From Daphnia carinata (lineage: Eukaryota), in assembly GCF_022539665.2 (NCBI RefSeq), contig NC_081333.1, forward strand, positions 7,192,001 through 7,256,000: DNA of 64,000 nt, read 5' to 3'. Made by a program: the position numbers and the translations under genes. Each line of letters begins with the position of its first letter. Position 1 is the stretch's first letter. Positions 15,056-26,561 of the stretch are shown here, piece by piece. The notes beneath the pieces were generated by a model, which was given only the letters and a program-made list of their open reading frames with translations, was not told where the DNA came from and made no database searches.

Positions 15056-17525
15056 GTTTTACAATAATTATTCAAATGTCTAACAGAAAACGAATATTAG
15101 CTGGCACTCTCTACAGGCCTTCCTTTGGGAAAAAAAAAAAATAAAATAAAACTCGCCTCTCGAATGTGAACTATTTTTCGTGTTCCCCTTTTTTTTTTTT
15201 TCTCTCTCTCTCTCTTATTAGAAATTCTATTTTGACCTCCTTGAGTTTCGCAACGTTCCCGAAATGACGGAAAGGGACTCATCGTGCGCTGGAACATTTC
15301 TGCTGACGACAGCGAAAATTCTATTTGAGAAATGCACAAAAATTCCGTTCGTAAACGGCTGTGCAGGAATGAGTCAAAAAAAGAAGTTGTGGCTAGTTGG
15401 CAAACTTTCCTCATTTTCGCACGCGGGGTCCATTTTCGGCCGATGCGTAAACGTGTCCGGTTATAACGGTGATGCCATTCAGCTAAAACGGCAGTGTGGT
15501 GTAGTTCTAAAGCCAGTTGTCAACAGATGAGCTCACTGTTATTTGCCCAGATCAATCAAAATGATGCTGGAAAATGACGCATTTTCATAGCTCGAAAAAG
15601 GAAGAAAAAAAAAACAGTTGGTGCTGTAGGTAATAAGAAAAATACCGTGAAAACTAGCGCCGTGTCAGTCTGTCTATCTCTGTGTGTTTGATTATGTTAA
15701 TCAATGAACTGAACGGGCCACGTGCGAACCGGATGAAGTCGACAGGAGAAAAAAAAAAAAAAAAGAAAAACCTGTTGCCTATTCTGATGTCGTCATTCGC
15801 GAACGTCCTTGCCCGGCCTTGATGGGCGGCGTGAATAATAAATAGCACTTCGTTGCTTCATTCTTTTGCCTCTTTCTCTTTTTTTTTTTTTTTTTTTTTA
15901 TTTCACGCCCAACATAGCTAAAAAAGAATTTCCCTGTTCATGTCAATGTAACCTGTCGTTTAGTAGCTCATTTTTCAATGAAGAGGTGACCCTGTCCGTT
16001 TCGGACTGCCGGTCTGGTTCTTGTACTCTGACCAACCGAGTCTACGTTCGTGATCTTGTTGCATTGTCATTATCGTGCGACGATACCGTGCTGCCTGTAG
16101 TAAAAAAAAAATTGGTTATTTATACTGGTGCGATACAGCCGTTCATTTTAACATTTCTCAATTGATACCAATGTGTAAATAAGCCGAAAAAAACCCGAAC
16201 AAAGGGTTTTTTTTTTATTCCTTATAAACACCTATAAAACACGCATCGCCCTTGTCAGTTAGAGACTGCCTATAACTGGTCAGTTGGACCGAGTTATCAA
16301 CAAATCCCTTTGCAAACACATACGGTCGCAGCAGGTTCGCCAGCGAGTAAACGTTACTTAATTCTCGAAGAAATTGGGGAATTCCTTGTCAAGTTGTTTT
16401 CTTTTCGTCTGTTTTTACTGCGACGTGAAAGTGGCCGTGAATTCGTTGTAACCGAAGCTACACGTAAAACAAACATTTAAGTTTGCAACTAACCAGTGGG
16501 ACGATGTGTCTCGGTGTTATCAAAATCGTGACGATTAAAAGGGGATTTTAATTATTTTTTTTTTTTTTTTTGTCATTCTGCTTGAAGATTACACTTCGTT
16601 CTCGAAGTCACGTAGTGTCCTCATTTCTCTTTTTTCCTGATTTGATTATAGCTGAACGTCACGTTGGGTCACTTGCAACGCGTAACGACTCACGAGCTTG
16701 AGAGTCTCAGCCAAACATTTTATTTTGGCTCGATTCGGTAAGAAAACGGCGACCAGCAGACGAAAGACCAGACAGAAATTTTATTTTTATTTTTTATTTT
16801 TTATAGTTTGTGTTGTTTCATTATGCCCTTATTTGGTGCGTGCAACACGCACCAGGATCCTCTGGGAGCCCCTTTCAGATTTCTGGTGCGTGCATAGCCG
16901 TTTGGCTGTCGCAACAGTTGTCCGCCTTCCAGCAATCGATTGATTACGAGGCCGTTCGAGAAAGACCAGGTCAATGATGCTAAACTGTTGGCAACTTGGC
17001 ATCCATCCGCGAATCTGATCTATGACCCTCGCCGTCTGCAACCACTGCCATATTAATTGCAGACATGACTACCTCGGAAAACTGAGTACAACGTCAAAAT
17101 AAAGAGAATCGGTCAGCAGCTTGATTCCAACATCTTTTACCTTTTCCCATTTGTTTTTTTGTGTGTGTGTTGTTGTTGTTGCTCGGCTATTGGATTCAAT
17201 GGTCCATCAGTCATCCCTCTATCAACTCTTCTTTTTCTTTTTCTTTTAGTCGTCGTATCAATCGGTCAACAACAGGATCCCGCGGAGAACGACCAGATCT
17301 GCGCACACACTCTTGTGAAATCAAACAATTTTAGCTTGTCGTTGTTGCTATTCCTCTTCTTTGTTTCATCCCATTTGCGCAGCCATGAAAAACGAGAGAA
17401 GACAAAACAAAACAAAAAAACGAGTGTCTGGCGAAAGGTGAGCGCACGCGCACACACACAAACAGCTGTCAACTCTTCGGACGTGATATAATGGATTCCA
17501 CTTCATCAGCATAATTCCGACTCAT

Positions 17526-17568
<43 letters not shown>

Positions 17569-18585
17569 TGCCTTATTGTTGTTCTGCCGAGGGTAATTCG
17601 ATTCCGGCATCTTACATATTCCATCCTCCATTTCTTTTTTTGTTTCTTGTCTTCGCGTGCGTCTGTGTATTTATTTTCATATGATATTCACGAGGTGAAA
17701 TTGTATTATTTTATAATAAATGATGAAAGGATAAAAGAACGAAAAATAATAATAATAAACGAAAAGAAAGAAAGATCGGATGGAAATTCAATGCATGTTG
17801 AATTGTTGATTTCGCCGCCACTCATTTCTTTCTTATTATTATTTTTTTTTTTTTTGTTTTCCCTGTTTTCTTTTTCTTTTTCCTTGGATAGATTGAAAAT
17901 AAAAAGGCACCAAATTACAGACACTCGTGCGTAGTGAGACGAAAAAACCAAAAATATGTTTAAATATTAGATAATCGTTGTATAAACAAGGACAAAAAAA
18001 AAAAAAAATAAATACACCGGCTGGGGTGATGCCAGAGACATTTGTTTTTTATCTCTCTCCAAAAAAAAAAAAAAAAAAAAAAAATTTATTAAGAGAATAA
18101 TTTTCATCGTTTTATCTTCGATCAAATGCTGTTTAGTAGGAAAATATTTTTCAAATAAAAATTGTGCTTGTTGCGCGTGCGCTCATTTACCTGCCGTAGA
18201 TGAAGTATTTGGAAAAAAAAAAAAAAAAAGAAATAGCTCCCTCTTTGAACGGTGTGGGTGAGAAAAAAAAGAAAAAGGTCCAAAAAAAAAAAAAGAAAGG
18301 AAGAAAACACTAAGGCTGGAACGGCGAGGGTGGAGAAGGTATAAGGTATATTACCTTCCAACATTTATTAGATATTTTTTTTTTTTTTTTTTTTTCGACA
18401 TTTGTTTTATTCTTTTCGTCGTTTTCGGAAACGAAAAGAGGAAAAAAAGAAGAAGAAGAAAAAAGAAAAGAGAAGAGAGAGAGAGAGAGAAAAGCCAAAT
18501 GATAGCCAATGCGAACCCTAGTGCCCCCCGTCCTTCTCCTTTTTTAAGCGCCCGCCCCTAAAATCGTCGTCCCATACAGTAAAGG

Positions 18586-18587
<2 letters not shown>

Positions 18588-18623
<36 letters not shown>
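18588..18623. repeat. (GA)n tract 40-75 bp upstream of the predicted FGF8-like P1 TSS; GAGA-factor-type element
   Basis: About 18 GA dinucleotides directly upstream of an Inr/DPE pair; GAGA tracts are typical of arthropod developmental promoters. Confidence 0.75.
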
Positions 18624-18625
<2 letters not shown>

Positions 18626-18660
18626 AGGTAGTACTACCTTGCCGCGGCCTTACCTTTAGC

Positions 18661-18695
18661 TCAGTCCTAGTTGAAGCAGCGTTCAAGACGGACGT
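18661..18695 (+). promoter_or_regulatory. FGF8-like distal core promoter P1: Inr TCAGTC (A+1 = 18663) plus DPE GGACGT at +28..+33
   Basis: Matches the arthropod Inr (TCAKTY) and DPE (RGWYV) at the strict +28 spacing (18690-18695); GAGA tract upstream; leads into exon 1a. Confidence 0.75.
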
Positions 18696-18972
18696 CGACT
18701 AACGTAAAAAGGGAACACAAAATCTGTTCACTTGAAAAATTCGACTCCAGTTTCGTACAACATCAAAACTACCTCGTTTTCACTGCTCTAACTTACTCAA
18801 TCGAAACAGCCCTTCAATCTCTCCCCCACCACCCAAGTCCAAAGTGCTAAAGAGTCCGCTTCAGGATTAACAAAAATCAAAGAACCAAAGTGTCGGCCAT
18901 AAATTCAGTGCGAATCAGAAACCGAAAAGAAACAGAAACCAAAATCCCAAATCGATTGGAGAAAATTGTTTG

Positions 18973-19007
<35 letters not shown>

Positions 19008-19407
19008 AAGATTTGATTCGAAATTTCAAGTTTGGCGCGATGACTTGGATCAGATTGGATGGTTTGGCGTGAACTGGATGAGCGGTCATGATCCCGGTTG
19101 TTGGGCGACGGATGAACTTGCTGCTGCTGGCGTCGTCGTCGTCGTTGCCGGTCGAGCCGCTGCTTCCGCCGCCGCCTTCACTGCCGCCCATGTGGATTCA
19201 TACGTGCAGTTGTGCTCATTGTTGTTTCCCCTGTTCTCGTCTTCCTTCCGACTCGTCTTCCACTTATTCCAACTGCGCTCCGTCCACCGGAGCGACATCC
19301 ACCGCTGGTTGGCTTCCACACTTCATCGACAGTCTACTCCGTTCGGCACCGTTTCCCCATCGACACGGTATCGGCCTGGAATCCTCATGCCGACTGGATA
19401 GCGCCAC

Positions 19408-19421
19408 ATGTTCATTCAGAG
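19408..19421 (+). CDS. FGF8: FGF8-like exon 1a coding part (MFIQ-R, 14 nt)
   Basis: GCCACATG start context; donor AG|GTCAGT in phase 2 matches the phase-2 acceptor at 34775; downstream of promoter P1. Confidence 0.7.
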
Positions 19422-20863
19422 GTCAGTTTCAACATTGTTTGTTTTTTTTCGTCTATTCTCATTTTATTCTCCTTCTTTCCTTTGAACGCTGACAAGTTCG
19501 GATCGATTATCATTTGTTTTCCCTACGCCACTCACGTCTCCATAATTCGCAGCCGAATTTTTTTTTTGTGTGTTCATGAAATCCGGTGATTACGCAACGT
19601 CCGCCTCGTAAACGGTGTATGTGCCGCTATGCGTGTGTAATACGGTATATTATCAGTCCAATGTTCGAAATTTAACAAGAAAGGCGGACTAGCTGCCGTC
19701 CGCCTGCAACTAGATCAGACAGTTGGTCCCGGTTGACGTGTTGCCATGGTGACTCCGTTAAGAAGACAGAAAATGGAATCTTTTTGCCGGGCCTCGGTTT
19801 TGGCCCGTCCATGGTTTTCCCCTTTTTAGTTATTTTTTTTTTTTTTTCGTACCTCCAAAGTTTCATCGAATCAATTTATCTTTACTGTGATTGGTTTACT
19901 GGATTCCGTGCTCTATCTTTTCCCTAGCACGAAACAAAGGACGACCCCTTCCGCTCTGATTTGAAACCATTTTTATTTTTATTTTTATTTTTGCTTTTGC
20001 TTTTGCTTTTGCTTTCAACGAAGTTAGGACTTTTGCTTGTGGACTCACTTGAAGGTGACTGAAGGTCTCAACCGATTTTTACCCCTGTAGTGCATATCCG
20101 CTTGGATTTATCGTCGTGAACCCGTCACGTGTTGTAGCGTATGCAAAGCACTCGAATGTGTGTAGGTTAATGACTATAAGCGATTCAGAGATCGAACTTG
20201 TCATCCGAGATTCTAAATGCACACGGTCCGTGATACTGGAGATATTTAGTTTCATTCCTTTTTTTTGTTTTCTTTCAACCTTTGGCTCATTAGCTTCCTG
20301 CCGGGGGGAGGGGGGGGGGGTTTGGGCTCTGATGGATAGTTCAAACGTAAGGTACGAGAAGATGGGGGGGGGGAGTAGAGGAGAGAACGTGAAATAGCGC
20401 GGGAAAAACCTTCACTTGCGTCAGAGGTAAAGAAAAGGAGCTATACGTGTCGTGTTACAATCGTAATGACGTACTTTTGAAACGAAACTAACTAAACATC
20501 AACGGTGGCGAAAGGACAAGGGCGATTGCTCTGGAATTCGTATGTTGTTTTTGTATTTCAAGATCAAAGAGGGCACAGTACGTAAACACCTACTGTCGTC
20601 AGATTGGGAGGGAATGTCTCGCCAGGTGTTGAAATCAAGTGAGATTCGATTTTTTTTTTAATCAGTCAGGGGGATTTTAAAAAAAATTCTTTTTTTTTTT
20701 TTAACTTGGCTTTTGTTTTTCTTTCTCGTCGTCATCATTGTCTTTTTATTCCATTTTTCATTCGATTTTTTCTTTGCTCTCACAGTTTCATTTCAATCAT
20801 TGCAAATGTGGGCCGCCGCGCTTGGCATTCCACACCGAACCTCCTGGGGAGCTATTCAATTTT

Positions 20864-20897
<34 letters not shown>

Positions 20898-22340
20898 TCT
20901 TGGATCTTCAAATTTTTATCTTCTCTCAATCCTTGTTAAGCGATCTTTGACCCGCTCGGAACTACAAGTGCTACAACGAATGCGATTCAGGGCAAAATGG
21001 ACTTTGATTCATTTTGGAACACCTTTTGTTTTTTTCTTTCCGCTTCCTCTTCTTCTTCTTGACACACTGGATGAAAGAGAGAGCACAGGAGCCTCCCATT
21101 TTCTCCCTCTTCTCGAGAGGGACCCCCCTTCTTCGCTGTTGGTCACTCGGGGCAGCTTAAAAATCCATTCGTTTTGCCGTTTTTTGTCTCTGCTCTCCTG
21201 TCTCCTTTCCTACATTTTTGCTCGTTTCCCTAAGCAAATTTTCGCTATAAAAAAAAAAAAAAAAGGTAGATGCGCATACAGTCTGTACGTTGGGACCTCC
21301 CACTTCAAGGATCCCGCCGCTCGCTTTACCTACAGATCATTTCTTTAAAAAAAGTTGGAACTTTTTCTTTTTGTTGTTGTTGTTTGGCAAATTCACAAAA
21401 TGAAAATGGGAGACCGTTGGCTCTTTTTGGGTGTTGAAACGCCTCACCTGACATCTCCCGTGGGACGTGTCAAGCGTGAAACAAAAGTGAAAATGTTGAA
21501 AGTATCGCTCACAAAAATCACAGGTGGCAATCTTTCCATTTTCTGAGTTTTATTTATTTATTTATTTTTTATTTCCTTATTGCAACGCTTTTGTTGCCTA
21601 AAAGCAACCGAGTCCGCGGATTTTTGAATAATTGTAGTATTTAACCTTATCAGGGGGGGGGGGGGGGGGGGGGGGGCAGAGGATAAACGGATTCCTTTTT
21701 TCTATTTCTTTTTGAAAACTTAGACGCGCGATAAGAAAAACCAATTTTTAGTTTTGATGTGTTCATCCCGGCAGCTTTTTTGAACTACGCACGATGATGG
21801 AAGAATTAGGTCATTCTGAATTTTTTCCCACTTGTTATATTACACGTAAACAACTACCTCAGCGGATTATCTATCAGATAGTTTGGGAACTAGATTTTCG
21901 TAGACGTCAGTCAATAAGTCTGTTTTTGGTTTAGTTTTTTTTTTTTTTTTTTCGTTAACGAGTGAGCGCAGCAATGCGAGTGTGCCAACCGCCGCCCCAA
22001 TCAAATCACTGCGCGTCCCTTCCTCGGTAATAAATCTGATAGGAAGGCGGAGATTATTATTATTATTTTTTTCTCTCTAGAGAACTACTAAACTGGACTG
22101 ACACAACCTAAAAAAAAAAAGAAAAAGAAAATAGCTAACAAAAATCCAAATCATGAAAAATGTTTTTTTTTTTTTTTTGTATTTGATTTTAATTCAAAAA
22201 CAAACCGAAAAACAAAAGGAAATACGTTTTTTTCTTTTCGTGTTTTTCCTTTCACAGATTTTTTTTCTATTTTTACGACGGCTGAAAATTGATTTGAATA
22301 TTTGATGGTTCCATCACTATGTGTGTAGTATCGTAGTAGT

Positions 22341-22372
<32 letters not shown>

Positions 22373-22519
22373 ACTGGATTGGTAGTAGTTTTGTAGTAGT
22401 AGTTACTGCAGCAGCAGCAGCAAAGCCATGAGGTGGGGAAAGGTGTTTGCGTTATCAGTTTTCGGAGGCCCGGCGCGTTGTTTATTTTTTTATCTGGACG
22501 GGGGGATCAAGAAAGAAAG

Positions 22520-22550
<31 letters not shown>

Positions 22551-25500
22551 CGAGATGCCAACAACACCCCGGGACCGTTCTATCGGCCCTCGTGTATAAC
22601 CCACAACCACTTGAGTTGATCGCTCCGGCCGTGACTAGGCCTAAATAAGGCAACGGAATCGATCTCGCCGATCGTGTCGTGCGTAGAGTGTTCCAACCAT
22701 AAAAATGTTTTTTTTTTTTTTCTCAACCCCCCCCCCCCAAAATGATCCATCAAGGACGGACCAATAGTTAAAGGGCCGAACGACCTCCGCTCCCTGATGA
22801 CAACCAGAGATGGACATGAGGTCGTTCTTCGAGAACGAAAAAAAGAAAGAAATCAAGGAGAGAGAGAGAAAGGAAGAAAAAAAAAAGGAAATGTCAAAAA
22901 AAGGAGATGACAAAACACGCATGACTTGTGGTCCCACGATGTCATCGTTGCGGCTGCTGTGCACACATTCCTTCATAGATCCACCCCCCCCCCCCCAAAA
23001 AAAAAAAACAAAAAAAAACGTTGTTTTCTTTTTTTTTTTTTTTTTTTTTTTCCTCTATTTGGTGCTGGACACACGGACCAGCCTTTGAACTGTAAAGGTG
23101 AGCTTTTTTTTTTTAAGTCGGGTGGCTGCACAGTGCGTTTTACAGCCACCACCAGGAGGCGAAAAATCATAATAAGAAAGAGCTCAGTCACGCTGTCTGT
23201 ACACATTGATCAGCCCCAGTGACGATGCACTTCGTCAATACAAACAAATGTGCGAGCAAGGAGAAAGGGAGAGAGTAGGCGACCCAAGACGACAGACAAC
23301 AAAATCTGAAAGAAAAGAAGACTTAAAAAATAAGAGATTTTCACGTCCTCGTCTGATGCATGAAACCAGCATCTAATTCGTCTGTATGAAAGAAAATAAG
23401 ATTTCCCGAGCAGTCATGGAACATTTGAAAGATTTATATATATATGTATATAAGTTGAGAAGCAGGAAAATGTCAAATCGTATTCACAAACTAGAGACTA
23501 CACATTTTTTGTAAACAAACGTGCGCTAGGTCTTCCGGGGCCAACGCCCTTTTGTTCCAACTTGACTCTGCCCGTTCAGTTTCTATTACATCACTACCCT
23601 CTTTCGACTCGCTTCTAATTTTGGATTCTTCTTCGTACTTTTAAAAAATAATTGCTATTTGACCGATGTTATTATTGAATGATGATGCCTCACGTCTATT
23701 CTTTCAAATGTAGGGCTCACAGACCTTTGTCGTTTTGTTCACTAACAAAACTTGGCGAGCACATCTCCGTAGATCCTTATCACTCTAACATGTTTCTCTT
23801 TGCTACATTGCAGTTAGTAGTCCCCTCTTGTTTTGTTCCATGTAAAAAATGTAGCGCACCATCCCGTGTAGACAGACCGCGGGCCTCGCCGTGTTTGTCA
23901 CGCTCGTTTAAACCTCCTGACGAGGAGGGGTGGCCCCTTCTATTTTTTTTTCCGTATATTGCTAGGGCTCAATCGTTACACGCCTCATTAGCAGCTGCCC
24001 TTCTCTTTCTCGCTGCCAATTGCCACGCATTTTCTTTTCCTTTGACAAGAGGGGCACGCTCTCCCTTGATTCTAATCTGCTGGATAGGGCGGAGAACGAA
24101 GTTGTGTGGAAGAAAAAAGGAATGAGAGATGAGCGATTGTTATTCCGTTGGCTCGTCACAATGTCCGCTGCTCGCAGCAACAACAGCTGTTTTTCTCGTG
24201 TGTTTGATTGTCGTGTTCGTGTTCGTGTCGCATCATCTCGCTGCCTTGATGATGATGTGGCTTGGTCGACCGTGAAACGTTTTTTTTTTTTTCAATTGGT
24301 TGGGAACGTACGTGCACGTGCCAAATAATAACGAGACCCCACGGCCGTGTGCCCTTCACCTACCACACGCTGCTACCATTGACAACAACCGTGTCGTTGT
24401 GTGTGTTGTTTGTTAGCACCTTGATCGTATAAAGGGAGTGGGGAAACATGAGGGGTTTGATCGTCATTAACATCATTCCTTTGCCTTTCTGATTATCGAT
24501 TGAATCTCTTTGTATTTATTTTTTTTTTCTCATCAACTTGGATTCTCGTGCCAAGTCCACGTCACTATCTGTCTCTTGGATTCTAAAAAGTAATTGATGG
24601 ATGATCAATGCGACTCGCTAGTGGAGAGAATAGAATCGGTTTCGTGATGACCCATTCGATGGAATGTTTGTAACGTGGGGAAATAGTTTTGTTTAAAGAC
24701 GAAGGCAGGAAAGAACACGGGGACGTTATGTGAATGAAAAGAAAAAAAACTACAGAAGTTCCTTATATTTTTTTTTTTCATTTTTAATTGTGTAAGCTGA
24801 GATACGAGGAGGGGGGGGGGGGAGGGACGCTAATGTCGGCCAAGGCGATCGTACGTTGAAAATGATTTTTAAATAATCTTTTGGTCGATTTACTCGCGAG
24901 CATTTCATTTGCCCAGCTCGACGGCCAGATTGGAGACAGCAGTCCAAGCATTTTTAGAGAAGCGAAGCTTTGAACGCAGCGGGCCGTATTCCTCGAAGGA
25001 GGTGGGGATCAGCTGATTGAATCTCGATTAGGTTTAAATTTGTATTTTTATAGCAGTTGAGAGGGAGAGAGAGAGAGTTAAAGAAAATGTCCGCCCCAAA
25101 TCTCGCCGACTATATAAATCACACCGCTAACAAGGTTAATTGAAAGGTGGTTCTATTCTTATTTGATCAACGAGATTTCTCTAGGGCAAAGTTTTCCGAG
25201 CAAATCATTTTTCCCAGAACTTCGGACGAACCTTCGGACGAACCTTCGGCACGGGACGGACATGTTTTTTTTTTTTTTTCCAGTGTCGGGAGCTAACAGT
25301 TGAGCGGGATTGGCTATGTTTTTGTGTGCGTAAGAAACGTTGGCGGGGTGATGGGGCGGCAGCCACTGCTGTTGGAAGAGTGGCTTCATAGAAATTTAAA
25401 GAAGAGCTTTTTATTATTTTTTTTTTTTTTTTCCCTTAAGTTATTGGAATCGTCAAACCACTCCAAAACAAAAAAAATCTCTTTCTGTTCGCGCGTTTGA

Positions 25501-26528
25501 ACGAAACCCTCTGAGAATTTTGTGTTGTTATTGTTGAATAATGCATAATATAGTTGCGTGTTTCCACCCTTTTTTTTTTTTTTTTTTTTTTTTTTCTCCG
25601 TTCCCTTTTTGATTTCCAAAATCGATTTCTTACAAAAGCATTACGGTCGTTTAGTTATTTTACCTTTTTTCTTTTCGGGGCTTTGGAGTGAAAGATATTT
25701 CTTTTTTTTTTTTCTCCCTCTCTCTCTCTCCAGATATTCTCGGGCTGTATAGTATCACTATCGTTTATTGATAATAAACTTTCAATATCATTTTCGTGGG
25801 CACACGAGGAGGGACGACTTGTTTCGAAAGTTTTACGTATATACTCCGAAAGAAAGGAAGAAAAGAATTGATTGAATGGCGACTATCCGATGAGAGAGCG
25901 GCGAGGCTATTTCTTTTCTGTTGTCGACGAGCTTTTTTTTTTTTTTCAATGTTATCGAGAGAAAACGTTCCACGCAACGCACGCGATTGTGTGTGTGTCT
26001 GTACATCACGGAGGGCTGATATGTTTTTAATGCAGTTGTTGTAGCATGGGTTAAAAGACAAGGAGAGAAAAGACAGTGCGGTTAAATCTTGAAGGGGGGC
26101 CTGGAATTGTTCTCTTTTGTCCGTTCCTCCCCCCCCCCCCCCCCCTTCGAACAGACAACATGGCGATAAAAAGAAAGAGTCTCTAAGAGCTTTTTTTTTT
26201 CTTTTTTCCGTGCTATTCTCTTCTTTTCATTGCCTCCAAGCGCGTCGCCATCAACGATCGAGAAATCAAAATAAATCAAAAGATGTTTCGGTCGGTAGCG
26301 GCTTCGTAATACATCGGCCTATAATACGGTGTCCATCCATCTTTCTTGCTAGTGGTGTAGCAATCTGCATATAAATGTTCATCGGGGAGAAGGAGGTCTT
26401 CACCTTTTTACAGAGGAGATGGAGTGCGGGAGCGCATCTTACCTTGTGTTCTTATAGATTTGTTATTCGCCTGGCCGAGGTCGTGGAGGTCGCTCCGAGT
26501 CGGCGGCGGCCTTCCTTTTTGAGTGTGT

Positions 26529-26561
<33 letters not shown>

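Noticed and set aside
1592..18498. Numerous 60-170 aa ORFs rich in F, K, C/V and H/T runs
   Set aside because: They are translations of poly-A/T tracts and (CA)n/(GA)n microsatellites, with no coding bias or splice-supported structure.
19088..19492. 134-aa ORF as the first coding exon of the FGF gene
   Set aside because: It reaches the 19421 donor in phase 1, incompatible with the phase-2 acceptor at 34775; ATG 19408 gives a proper signal peptide. Kept only as a uORF.
25219..25250. Short 12-bp tandem repeat (CCTTCGGACGAA, ~2.5 copies) as a structured RNA
   Set aside because: Too short and without flanking stems; most likely a slippage duplication.
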